NCBI GenBank assembly: GCA_965140585.1
Contig: OZ223272.1
Span: forward strand, 320,001-384,000
Source of the DNA: Spirochaetia bacterium
GTDB lineage: Bacteria; Spirochaetota; Spirochaetia; UBA9216
Length of the DNA stretch: 64,000 nucleotides
Reading direction: 5' to 3'
The translations under genes and the position numbers were made by a program. This document shows, piece after piece, positions 20,285-29,638 of the stretch (position 1 is the first letter of the stretch; the number at the start of each line of letters is the position of its first letter). The notes below the pieces were generated by a model. That model saw nothing but the letters and a program-made list of their open reading frames with translations. It did no database searches and was not told the DNA's origin.

Positions 20285-21805
20285 TTGGAGAAAAATTTAA
20301 TATTGCAGATGAAGTCAATCACAAAGACATTTCCGGGTGTTAAAGCACTTGAAGAAGTGGATATATCTGTAGAAAACGGAGAAATCCATTTTATAGTCGG
20401 TGAAAACGGCGCCGGGAAATCAACTTTGATGAAGGTGTTAAGCGGAATCTATCCCTATGGAGATTATGACGGAGATATTATCTTTGATGGAAAAATAAAA
20501 CATTTTCACGGAATAAAAGATTCCGTAAATGTCGGAATTGTAATTATAAATCAGGAACTGGAACTTTTTCCCAATCTAACCGTATATGAAAACGTTTTTG
20601 TCGGTCATGAACTAAATAATAAATTCTCTTTAATGGACTGGGACAGAACAAAAAAAGAAGCGAAGAAATACCTGGATATGGTAGGTATTAATGTTGATTT
20701 ATACAGTCTGGTCGGTTCATTGGGAGTTGGAAAGCAGCAGTTGATCGAAATTGCAAAGGCATTAAGCCAGAATGTAAAGTTGCTTATTTTAGATGAACCT
20801 ACTGCGGCTTTAAACGAAGACGACAGCGCTAATCTGTTACAGCTGCTGGTAAACCTCAAAAAAGAAGGCATCACTTCAATTATGATTTCTCATAAATTGA
20901 AAGAAGTAGAAGCGGTTGCCGACTCTATTACGGTTTTACGTGACGGCAAAACCGTTGCCAGAATGACAAAAGCTGAGATAAATGAACGTGAAATAATTAA
21001 AAACATGGTGGGCCGTGAGATCGATGACATATTTCCTAAAAGACCTGAATACAAAGGCGGGAATGTTGTTCTCGAAACTGTTCATTTTAATGCTTTTGAT
21101 ACCAACATTAACCGGTACCTTGTTAATGATTCGAACATAAAAATCCGTCAGGGTGAAGTGGTTGGATTTGCCGGCTTAATGGGCGCGGGAAGAACAGAAC
21201 TTGCACACAGCATTTTTGGAAATCCAAAAAAATATAAAATTACAGGTTCGACGATTGTCTTTGGAAAAGCAGTAAAACTATCTTCACCAAAAAAAGCCAT
21301 TGCGCACGGTATCGCTTATGTTTCTGAAGACAGAAAAAATGACGGATTGATACTCAGCGAAACTATAGGACAGAATATTACCATTTCTTCGTTAAAAAAA
21401 ATATCCAAAATGGGAGTAATAGATTTCTTCAAACAAAATAAGTACGCAGAGAAGTATGTAAAAGATATCGGCATTAAGACCCCGTCAATTCTGCAGCAGG
21501 TCCAAAACCTCAGCGGAGGAAACCAGCAGAAGGTCCAGGTAAGTAAGTGGTTATTTATTGAACCCAAAATCCTGATTCTTGACGAACCGACACGCGGAAT
21601 CGATGTCGGAGCAAAATATGAAATATACACAATTATTAATGATTTAGTGGCACAGGGTATGAGCATAATGATAATTTCCTCGGAGCTGCCGGAGATTCTG
21701 GGGATGTGTGACAGAGTTTATGTCATCTCAGAAGGTGTGCAAACTGCTGAATTTGATATTAAAGATGCAACTGCGGAAAAAATAATGGCAAGCGCAACAA
21801 TTTAG
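20285..21805 (+). CDS. gguA: Multiple-sugar ABC transporter ATP-binding protein (GguA/MmsA type)
   Basis: GENGAGKSTLMKVLSGIYPYG, two ABC domains, LSGGNQQKV, DEPTRGIDVGAKYEIY. TTG start after GAGGTG. Confidence 0.88.
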   Translation: MEKNLILQMKSITKTFPGVKALEEVDISVENGEIHFIVGENGAGKSTLMKVLSGIYPYGDYDGDIIFDGKIKHFHGIKDSVNVGIVIINQELELFPNLTVYENVFVGHELNNKFSLMDWDRTKKEAKKYLDMVGINVDLYSLVGSLGVGKQQLIEIAKALSQNVKLLILDEPTAALNEDDSANLLQLLVNLKKEGITSIMISHKLKEVEAVADSITVLRDGKTVARMTKAEINEREIIKNMVGREIDDIFPKRPEYKGGNVVLETVHFNAFDTNINRYLVNDSNIKIRQGEVVGFAGLMGAGRTELAHSIFGNPKKYKITGSTIVFGKAVKLSSPKKAIAHGIAYVSEDRKNDGLILSETIGQNITISSLKKISKMGVIDFFKQNKYAEKYVKDIGIKTPSILQQVQNLSGGNQQKVQVSKWLFIEPKILILDEPTRGIDVGAKYEIYTIINDLVAQGMSIMIISSELPEILGMCDRVYVISEGVQTAEFDIKDATAEKIMASATI

Positions 21806-21811
21806 GAGAGG

Positions 21812-23248
21812 TTGATGATAGAAAATAAAAATATTTTAGAAAAAGCGGCCTGGCATATTTACAAATATTTCCTCACGCTTATTTCAATGCTGAGAACCAA
21901 TATCAGAGATTATGGAATGTTCATAGCATTGGTGGTTATATTCATTGTGTTCGGTTTCATGACAAACGGAATATTCCTTGGACCATTTAACTTTACAAAC
22001 CTTTTAAATCAGACCGCTTATGTAGCGGTTCTGGCTGTTGGAATGACGCTTGTTATTGTCACAAGACAGATTGATTTATCAGTTGGTTATATAGGTGCTT
22101 TTCTTGGGGCCTATGTTGTAGTCGCTGTTGAAACCGGAGGCCAGTCGGTAATAGTTGCCCTACTTGGCGCATTGGCAATAACCGTATTCGTTGGTGCTAT
22201 AAAAGGATACTTCATCGCCAAAATCAAAGTACCTTCTTTTGTGGTAACACTTGCCGGTATGTTTATTTTCAAAGGTTTCCTGATGATACAAACCGGCAAC
22301 AGAACAATCTCAACTACAAATGATTTTTTTATCAAAGTAGGTACAGGCTACTTACCTACAGTCGAAGTAGGAGGATATGATATTGTTTCCATTATTGTCG
22401 GAAGCATAATCCTGATCTTTGCTTTGCTATCAGGAATATTGAGGCGAAACAAAAACAGAAAACTGAATATCCCAAGTGAAAAAATAGAATTATTCATCAC
22501 AAAGCTGCTTCTGCTGACCGCAGTTATCGGTTATTTAACCTATGTTTTCAGTGCCAACAAAGGCATTTCATACCTGCTGCTGATTACAGTTGCCGTTGTA
22601 GCTATCTACTTTTTCATGACAACACAAACGACACTTGGCAGAAGAATTTATGCCGTAGGCGGAAGCCCTGAAGCTGCAGAGCTGTCAGGTATAAATGTAG
22701 AAGGCATATTAATAATAGTATTTATTTCGATGGGAATATTGGCAATGATCTCCGGCGTAATGTATGTATCCAGGCTTGAAAACGCTTCACCCAAACACGG
22801 TCCGTTCTGGGAGTTATATGCAATAGCAGCGGCATTTATCGGAGGCTCAAGTGCCAGCGGCGGCGTTGGCAAAGTCGTTAACGGCGTAATAGGCGCAATA
22901 GTAATGATGTCGCTGAAAAACGGAATGGCGCTTGCAGGTATAGATGCAAACATAGAACCGATTATATTAGGCGGAGTATTACTTCTTGCTGTTGTATTTG
23001 ATATTTATACAAGAAATGTCAACCCTGTAGATTTAGTCGGAATACATTACGCAAAAAAAGTATATAAGAAAGAATTTGAAGCAGACAAAATGAACTTTGC
23101 AGAAGCCAAAGCTGAGCTCAAAGCAGCGAAAAAAGAAAACCGCACAGACCTTATAGATTTTGAATATAAGTATACAAACGCATTAGGAGCATACAACAAG
23201 ATTAAAGATAAAATCAGAGGCAGCATTGAAACTGATTTTATCAAATAA
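21812..23248 (+). CDS. gguB: Multiple-sugar ABC transporter permease (GguB/MmsB type) with C-terminal soluble extension
   Basis: NIRDYGMFIAL, IDLSVG, PSFVVTLAGM, GRRIYAVGGSPEAAELSGI, AAAFIGG. Confidence 0.85.
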   Translation: MMIENKNILEKAAWHIYKYFLTLISMLRTNIRDYGMFIALVVIFIVFGFMTNGIFLGPFNFTNLLNQTAYVAVLAVGMTLVIVTRQIDLSVGYIGAFLGAYVVVAVETGGQSVIVALLGALAITVFVGAIKGYFIAKIKVPSFVVTLAGMFIFKGFLMIQTGNRTISTTNDFFIKVGTGYLPTVEVGGYDIVSIIVGSIILIFALLSGILRRNKNRKLNIPSEKIELFITKLLLLTAVIGYLTYVFSANKGISYLLLITVAVVAIYFFMTTQTTLGRRIYAVGGSPEAAELSGINVEGILIIVFISMGILAMISGVMYVSRLENASPKHGPFWELYAIAAAFIGGSSASGGVGKVVNGVIGAIVMMSLKNGMALAGIDANIEPIILGGVLLLAVVFDIYTRNVNPVDLVGIHYAKKVYKKEFEADKMNFAEAKAELKAAKKENRTDLIDFEYKYTNALGAYNKIKDKIRGSIETDFIK

Positions 23249-23264
23249 CATTTTTTAATTTGAA

Positions 23265-23297
23265 ATTAAAGTTCAATATGAAATATTGAACTTTAAT
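23265..23297 (+). promoter_or_regulatory. Perfect 15-bp inverted repeat between the permease and SBP genes
   Basis: ATTAAAGTTCAATAT-GAA-ATATTGAACTTTAAT. Confidence 0.55.
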
Positions 23298-23363
23298 GAT
23301 ATCAAAAAATAATTTGCAGAAAATATTGTATCTGTAAATTGTAATGTTTCATAGGAGGTTTAC

Positions 23364-24551
23364 ATGAAACGTTTTCTATTCACTGTGCTTATCCTGGCTT
23401 TAGTATCAGGGTTTGCTTTTGCAGGCGGTGCGCAGGAATCTGCCGGAATTAAAATTGGAGTTGTTTTACCTGACGCTTCAGAAGAAAGATGGGCTAACCA
23501 GGATGGTAAGTTCTTCCTTGAAGACCTGGAAGCATTAGGACCCGATTATCCGTTTGAGATTTTATTCTCAGAAGGTGATGAAGCCAAAGAAAAACAGAAC
23601 GTTGAAGCTTTAATAGCCAAAGGTGCTAAGGTAATTATTATTACATCACAGGGCTCCGGTGCTTCTGCGGTTGCAGCCGCACATGCTGAAGATGTTGTAG
23701 TAATTGCACATGACAGAATGGCAAAAGGCTCTTCAGACGTAGCAGATTACTATACAACATTCAACAGCTGGAATGTTGGTAGAGCAATGGGAAAACACCT
23801 TGTAGACGCTGCTAAAGCAGAAGGCTGCTCTTCATCCAACAAGGGTGATCTGGCAATCTTTGCCGGACGTGTTGCTGACTGGCCAAATGCAACATACTTC
23901 TTCGGCGGTGCTTTTGAAGAATTACAGCCCAACCTTGATATGTTCAACATAGTAAACCAGGACCCCGCTGCATTCAAGAAGCTGGCGCTGTACACAGAAG
24001 CTACATTTAACGATGCTGCAAAAGATGCTCTTCAGGCAGCAATGCAGCCAATCGATACCGACTGGAATCCTGAAACTGCAGGAATTAAAGCAGCCGGTGT
24101 TGTTGCACAGATCAAACCTACTTCAGACAAGGTGTTTGTACTGGCTCCGAATGACGACACTTCTGCTGCAATCCGACAGGAATTTGCCAAAATGTCAACT
24201 CCCTATGCCAAGTACTACACTACAGGTCAGGATGCTTCAAACGTTACTTTAGCAAGTCTGATGGGAGACACAGTAACAGGAAAGGGAACTCAGACAATGA
24301 CAGTATTCAAGGATGTATCAAAATTAGTAAAAGATTCTGTTACTATCGCCAAAAATGTCGTTGACGGTGTTGACGGATTAAAGGGTGTAACCAGCGGACC
24401 TTCAATTGACGGGGCAAAAACTGCTTATTCACCAATTGATACTCTATTGGCAACAAATCCACAGTTAACCTATGATACAATCTTTGCTACAGGCTACAAA
24501 GATGAAAATCATCCGGATTTCGCAGACATCGATTTCAGTCCTTACAAATAA
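23364..24551 (+). CDS. Sugar ABC transporter substrate-binding protein (divergent ChvE/XylF family)
   Basis: Signal AFAGGAQES, ERWANQDG, VIAHDR, APNDD, TTGQDA, QTMTVFKD. AGGAGG RBS. Confidence 0.88.
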   Translation: MKRFLFTVLILALVSGFAFAGGAQESAGIKIGVVLPDASEERWANQDGKFFLEDLEALGPDYPFEILFSEGDEAKEKQNVEALIAKGAKVIIITSQGSGASAVAAAHAEDVVVIAHDRMAKGSSDVADYYTTFNSWNVGRAMGKHLVDAAKAEGCSSSNKGDLAIFAGRVADWPNATYFFGGAFEELQPNLDMFNIVNQDPAAFKKLALYTEATFNDAAKDALQAAMQPIDTDWNPETAGIKAAGVVAQIKPTSDKVFVLAPNDDTSAAIRQEFAKMSTPYAKYYTTGQDASNVTLASLMGDTVTGKGTQTMTVFKDVSKLVKDSVTIAKNVVDGVDGLKGVTSGPSIDGAKTAYSPIDTLLATNPQLTYDTIFATGYKDENHPDFADIDFSPYK

Positions 24552-24571
24552 TTGATTTTAGAATTATGTTC

Positions 24572-24607
24572 AACGGGTGTGTCTTATTGGAAGACACACC
24601 CGTTTTT
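24572..24607 (+). terminator. Intrinsic terminator
   Basis: AACGGGTGTGTCTT-N5-AAGACACACCCGTT-TTT. Confidence 0.85.
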
Positions 24608-24705
24608 ATTTAAATTAAGCACTCTTAATAAAACAATTATCAGAAAACCGGTCAGCCATTAACCTGAAACATTTTTCTTCTGCAATTTCAGACCGACCAT
24701 ACTTT

Positions 24706-26082
24706 TTATAGAAGCTCAAAGAGCTCACAAACATTATCCAATTCATCAAAATGATTTATCATATCATAGATGGAATCGACCTGTTTATCAGTATAGGGTT
24801 TTCTTGCGAAAGACATGCAGCTTCTAAACTTATCAAGCATATGCTGTTCACTCATCGGATTCTCTCTACAGCCGAGAGGATGATTAACAGTTTTGTTAAA
24901 CTGCCCCTTCTTTGTTCTTATAGTTATATCAGTTAGCTTATTCTCTTCTTTGGTAAGCTCAGTATCAATTTTATAACGAACTTTACTGCCCAGCTCATAG
25001 ATTTCGCGGTCATCAAGTCTTTCCTGAGAAAAACTATGTAGGTCGACTTTTCCGTATTTAAGCAGTGTACCAAGAACAAACGGTATACTAAATTTGGCCA
25101 TTGCCGCAGTCTTCGGGTTATATTTGATTTCTCTGGCCTCAAGGACCATTCGTCCTACTTCATGTAAAGTAAGATGAATTTCTTCAATATCTTCAGTTTT
25201 TATATCATTTTCTTCTGTTATAAACTGTACACCTTCTATTGATGTATGAGTAGCTCTGCAGCAGGGCCATGGTTTAAAACTGATATACTCACTCTGAAAA
25301 ACCTTTCCAAGACCTTCAAGAACTTTATCCGGTGTATACGCATCACGTACATAGGCGTGAAATTACCCGTTGTCTCCACCGAAGGCATCATTAAATTTTG
25401 TTGAAATTCTCTTTGCGGCCGTCAGCACAGAAAGTACTGAAGCTTGTGCAGCAAATCCGTCACGGATCGATCTTATTACCGACTCTGAGCTGAACGCAGC
25501 CTCTCCGCTCGATGTCACCTGACTCATGTTCATAGCAATTGAATCAAGAGTCTGCTCTTCGCTTAAACCGAGAAAATTGCACGCTCCAATGACAGCACTC
25601 ATTCCGCCGTGTATTGGCGGCATATTCCACCCATATTTCAGGACATCCTCACTAATGCCAAAATCAAGCCGGCAGCATATGTCACTGGCTGCAACAAGAG
25701 CAGTTAAAAAATCCTTTCCGCTTTTTGTCCCCTCATATTCAGCAAGTGCCACCATTACAGGCATTGAAACCTCATTGGGATGAACCAATGCAAGCTCATG
25801 TGAATCTTCGAAATCAAGGAAGTGCGATAAAGCACCGTTTGCAAGGGCTGCCGTCATTGGAGTTGTTTTGCGCATGCTTGAAAACATGGTGCAGTTACCG
25901 GGGCCTCCAAGCTCAAACGCGGTATCATAGACGGCATGAATGCCCCTGTCAGCTCCGGTGGCTGCAATCATACAGGCAATTGAATCGGCTATTGATTTCT
26001 TTTGTACCTCTATTACTGATTTAGATAGATCCTTATAACGTAAATTCGCCGCGTGCTTTACAAGTCTAATAGTAATGTTCAT
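24706..26082 (-). pseudogene. MmgE/PrpD-family protein with one internal nonsense codon
   Basis: AALANGALSHFLDFEDSH...VHP, then GDNG*FHAY...FKPWPCCRATH...AKFSIPF...PLGCRENPMS. The two track ORFs lie in one 459-codon frame split by TAA at 25363-25365. Confidence 0.88.
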
Positions 26083-26197
26083 AAAAAGCCTTTGTTATGG
26101 AGTCTGCTCAAACATTCTTCTTAGAAGAATAGCAAAACCATGAGTTAAATAGCTGCACATATCAGAGCAGTACAGGACACCGTCATTTTCAGAATAT

Positions 26198-26479
26198 TTA
26201 AATCCCATCACCGTTTAAAGAGTTGGCTCCTTTTTCAGAATCAAAATAATATTTTGGAAAATCTGTATCAGGAAGAGGCCAGCTCTTTTCAAATCGCCAT
26301 GAATCATCACCCATAATATGATGTCCTTTTTTATATACACAGCCGGTATCTTCTGTCCCTGATATAACCATCATGGGCACCTCTTTAAATTTTTCATATG
26401 GTAAATATTCAAGCATCGGCAGAGCCCCTGCCGGGAGTGCCTGTTCTAAACATTTTAGGTTTTTCAGGTGGATTAAGTG
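26198..26479 (-). pseudogene. Remnant of hydrolase genes (alpha/beta-hydrolase-like piece plus CocE/NonD-like piece)
   Basis: VPMMVISGTED followed by MGDDSWRFEKSWPLPDTDFPKYYFDSEKGANSLNGDG, resembling the CocE W..E..WPL....ANSLNGDG linker. No RBS and far too short. Confidence 0.55.
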
Positions 26480-26535
26480 TTTATTTTGTTCGATACTACC
26501 TTAGCCGAATATAAGCAAATTGATTCTATATTAAG

Positions 26536-27483
26536 GTGAAAATAATTAAAAGCAATAAAGTAATCGAGGGCATAGTACCCGTAATGATTACCCCTTTTAC
26601 CAAGGACAACCGGATAGATTATAAAAGCCTTGAGAGAATCGTAGAATGGTATATAAAAATGGGAGCAGATGCTCTGTTTGCAGTATGTCAATCAAGTGAG
26701 ATGCAGCATCTATCTCTAAGCGAACGAGCAGAACTGGCCCGAACCGTAGTAAAGTACGTTGATGGGCGAATTCCTGTTGTAGCGAGCGGCCATATCAGTG
26801 ATGACCCATATGATCAAATCGAGGAATTAACAGCTGCAGTTGATTCCGGAGCCGATGGAATAGTACTGGTATCAAATCACCTGGATCCTCACCAACGCGG
26901 AACAGAAACCTTCATAGGGAACCTGAACTGGTTAATCGACAAGCTGCCCCGGGATATTCCTTTAGGAATGTATGAATGTCCGGCTCCGTTCCGCAGGCTG
27001 CTCACCGATGATGAGTTGAAATATATGGCAGATACCGGACGCTTCAACATGATTAAGGATGTATCTTGTGATCTTGAAACAATCAAGAGGCGTGTCCGGA
27101 TAACAAAAGAATCAGGAATTTCCATCTTAAATGCTAATGCCGCTATTGCATGGGATGCCATGAAAGCAGGTTCAAAGGGGTTCAACGGAGTACTTGCTAA
27201 CTTTCACGCGGACCTCTATAAGTGGTTATATACCAACGGGGAGAAATATCCTGAAGAAGCTGAAGAGCTGGCTACATTTCTCATACTCGCTGCATGTACT
27301 GAGTCCTACGGATATCCGGTTCTTGCTAAAATGTATCATAAGCAAATTGGAAATTTTGACACTGTTAAATCGAGGGCTATAACCTATGATGTATATGAAA
27401 GAGTATGGGCAATTGAACCGATTCTTAATAAACTTTCACAGGGAACTGAGTTTCACAGAGAAAAGATTAAGAATCTGAAGTAG
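26536..27483 (+). CDS. Dihydrodipicolinate synthase (DapA/NanA)-family protein
   Basis: GIVPVMITPFT, FAVCQSSEM, LGMYECP, Schiff-base lysine context MIKDVS. Confidence 0.9.
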   Translation: MKIIKSNKVIEGIVPVMITPFTKDNRIDYKSLERIVEWYIKMGADALFAVCQSSEMQHLSLSERAELARTVVKYVDGRIPVVASGHISDDPYDQIEELTAAVDSGADGIVLVSNHLDPHQRGTETFIGNLNWLIDKLPRDIPLGMYECPAPFRRLLTDDELKYMADTGRFNMIKDVSCDLETIKRRVRITKESGISILNANAAIAWDAMKAGSKGFNGVLANFHADLYKWLYTNGEKYPEEAEELATFLILAACTESYGYPVLAKMYHKQIGNFDTVKSRAITYDVYERVWAIEPILNKLSQGTEFHREKIKNLK

Positions 27484-27655
27484 AAATCAAGATTCGGCAA
27501 ATAATATTGAGCAACTTCAAATTTATTAACAAATGAGCCGCCTGTAGACAAACACATTTCAATTAATCTCTATAGAAGCTTAGCTTTATTGTTAGTTTAC
27601 GATTGGGTATAAGAAAAAGAAACTAATCATCATTGATTAATCTCTTATCATTTAC

Positions 27656-27861
27656 TGGTTGCAGCAGAGAACCGAAGGTTCTCCGAGGACTTGCCTTTCA
27701 AACCTCGACATCCTGACTCGGTTTTCCAGGCCGCCTCTGGAAGCTGCCGCAGCCATCCGGGCTGCTATTCCTCGCCGGCTCGGCGCTTCCTCCGGTTCAA
27801 GTCCTCTCTTTCTGAGTACAGATAAAAAAAGACTATCCTGTTCGGATAGCCTTTTCTTATC
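27656..27861. repeat. tRNA-linked element containing direct and inverted copies of the tRNA-Leu 3' end
   Basis: 27660-27706 is a degenerate direct copy of 27862-27885 with inserts. 27794-27809 is the exact reverse complement of 27868-27883. Confidence 0.75.
27820..27861 (-). terminator. Terminator-like hairpin directly after tRNA-Leu
   Basis: AGATAAAAAAAGACTATCC-TGTTC-GGATAGCCTTTTCTTATC, giving a U-tract on the minus strand. Confidence 0.65.
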
Positions 27862-27945
27862 TGCAGCAGAGAGGACTTGAACCTCCACGAGCGAACGCCC
27901 ACTAGCCCCTCAAGCTAGCGTGTCTACCAATTCCACCACTGCTGC
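27862..27945 (-). tRNA. tRNA-Leu(GAG), CCA not encoded
   Basis: GCAGCAG acceptor, GGAATTGGTAGAC D-arm, CTAGC-TTGAGGG-GCTAG anticodon arm, long variable arm, GGTTCAAGTCC T-arm. Confidence 0.96.
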
Positions 27946-27958
27946 TTAATGCTCGGAT

Positions 27959-27987
27959 AATTTAGTTTATTTTATCGATTTAGTCAA
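27959..27987 (-). promoter_or_regulatory. Sigma70-type promoter of tRNA-Leu
   Basis: TTGACT-N17-TAAATT immediately upstream of the tRNA. Confidence 0.6.
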
Positions 27988-27991
27988 CCAG

Positions 27992-28543
27992 TTACAGGTG
28001 ATATCTTGCACCAAATCCAAGTCTCAAATTGATATAAACACTGATGTCCGTTGAAGTATCAAGGTATACAGCCGGTCCGAAAAGCAGGTCAAAATACAGC
28101 GAAAGCGGGCCAGATTCATACACGGTTTTATTGCTCATAAGCAGTACATCAAAGTAATGTCCGGTCCATGAAAGAGGAAAATTATATTTGAGCTTTAACC
28201 CGAGAGATGTAGGATTATGAATAATAGAAACACCGGCGGGAAAGTATATACCCTGCTGAAGTTCATCCATAATATTAAATTGATAAAGAAATCCGCCAAA
28301 AGGCGTAACGGTAAGAGTTCTGTCAAGAAACGTAATTGGCATGCCCAGTTCCGCAGAAAGTCCCGGAATAATGAAGGTACTGCCGGCTCCTATCTGAAAA
28401 TCAAGAGACACTCCGTTTTCCGGAAGTGAAGCGAACTCCTGTCCCGAAACTGCTTCAGGCTCAGAAGAAAGTTCCTGAGCCTGAATAAATGTTAAGCAGG
28501 ATAAAAAAATCAGAATAAGAATTATTTTCTTATAATTATGCAT
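27992..28543 (-). CDS. Hypothetical exported protein, possible small outer-membrane beta-barrel
   Basis: Signal peptide ending IQA/QE, alternating hydrophobic strands, C-terminal LGFGARYHL. Confidence 0.65.
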   Translation of the reverse strand: MHNYKKIILILIFLSCLTFIQAQELSSEPEAVSGQEFASLPENGVSLDFQIGAGSTFIIPGLSAELGMPITFLDRTLTVTPFGGFLYQFNIMDELQQGIYFPAGVSIIHNPTSLGLKLKYNFPLSWTGHYFDVLLMSNKTVYESGPLSLYFDLLFGPAVYLDTSTDISVYINLRLGFGARYHL

Positions 28544-28804
28544 CTAGCGTCTGCGACGGCCTCTGCTTCTACGGCTTCCGCCTGTCAGCAGAATTACCAG
28601 CCCCAGAACAGCACCAACTGCACCGCTTCCCATAAAGATAATTGCCTGGGTCTCTGCGTCAGTGCTTCCCACAAACGCCTTCTCAAGCGAGTTCATAACT
28701 GATGACTGCAGATTATTATACAGATATATTCCGTATACACCTACAACGATACCAACCGCAAGAATAACAATTCCAATAATCAGTCTAAGTTGACTTTTGG
28801 CCAT
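28544..28804 (-). CDS. Small two-TM membrane protein with Arg-rich tail
   Basis: MAKSQLRL start after AGGAG, two hydrophobic helices, SRRSRGRRRR end. Confidence 0.75.
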   Translation of the reverse strand: MAKSQLRLIIGIVILAVGIVVGVYGIYLYNNLQSSVMNSLEKAFVGSTDAETQAIIFMGSGAVGAVLGLVILLTGGSRRSRGRRRR

Positions 28805-28838
28805 AATAGCTCCTGATAATAGATTATCCTTTATACTA

Positions 28839-29630
28839 TCACATATTGCGCCAGAATTTATAGTTCTCTTTTTCAATTACATCAAATGAAGGCATCGGAA
28901 AGAAAACCTCTTTATCAGGTGATGCAAACATGAAGCCATGTCTAATCTGCCTGAATGATTTGTTCTTGAAAGAGAAATCTATACTCAATCCCTTTGTATG
29001 CTTCGGAGTGCTTTTAATCTCAAAAATTGCATCTCTGAGTTTTGAAGGATGAACACTCGGAAGAGGATTAGGCATAAGCGGATTGGCCTCAAAATCGTTT
29101 AGAAAATCAGCAATATTAAGGTCAAACTGAGTGTAGAGCATCTTTGGAGCGCCCTTGTTGTTGTCGGGATCAGTTATCCACTTGCCGTACTCACTGAAGT
29201 TTGAACTTGACAGTACAAGCATTTTAAGCGGAGCAATCTCAGCAAAGATCCTTAAAAAATCCGGCTGATGCACTGCGTCATATTCTGCCGGAGAAAGCGG
29301 GTAACAGGATCCGTCAGAATTGGCAAGGTGAAGGTGCTTTATTGCATCAAAATCAACATGCTCAAGAACCCTGTAAGTGCTGATAAACTTTGTAGCCTTG
29401 GGTCTGCCGTCTTCATGCGGAACCAGAGCCTCAAAACCCTTATCAATATCGAAGTAAGGATTACGGAAATCGGTATCAATTTCTGCAAAGATCAGTTTAC
29501 CATCATAATACCTTGTTGAGCCGGAACTGTAATGTCTGGCAAACTTTGAAGGTTCATACTGTGATGCTACAAGAGCCTGATTTGGATGACAGATCATGTA
29601 AAGGTATCTGCCGTACATATAATCAACCAT
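28839..29630 (-). CDS. Hypothetical cytoplasmic protein, 263 aa
   Basis: Long clean ORF starting 8 nt after the hppA stop. No motif recognised. Confidence 0.8.
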   Translation of the reverse strand: MVDYMYGRYLYMICHPNQALVASQYEPSKFARHYSSGSTRYYDGKLIFAEIDTDFRNPYFDIDKGFEALVPHEDGRPKATKFISTYRVLEHVDFDAIKHLHLANSDGSCYPLSPAEYDAVHQPDFLRIFAEIAPLKMLVLSSSNFSEYGKWITDPDNNKGAPKMLYTQFDLNIADFLNDFEANPLMPNPLPSVHPSKLRDAIFEIKSTPKHTKGLSIDFSFKNKSFRQIRHGFMFASPDKEVFFPMPSFDVIEKENYKFWRNM

Positions 29631-29638
29631 AAATTAAA

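Noticed and set aside
27652-27888. Two overlapping short ORFs next to tRNA-Leu
   Set aside because: They overlap the tRNA and the GC-rich repeat element and show no protein-like signal.
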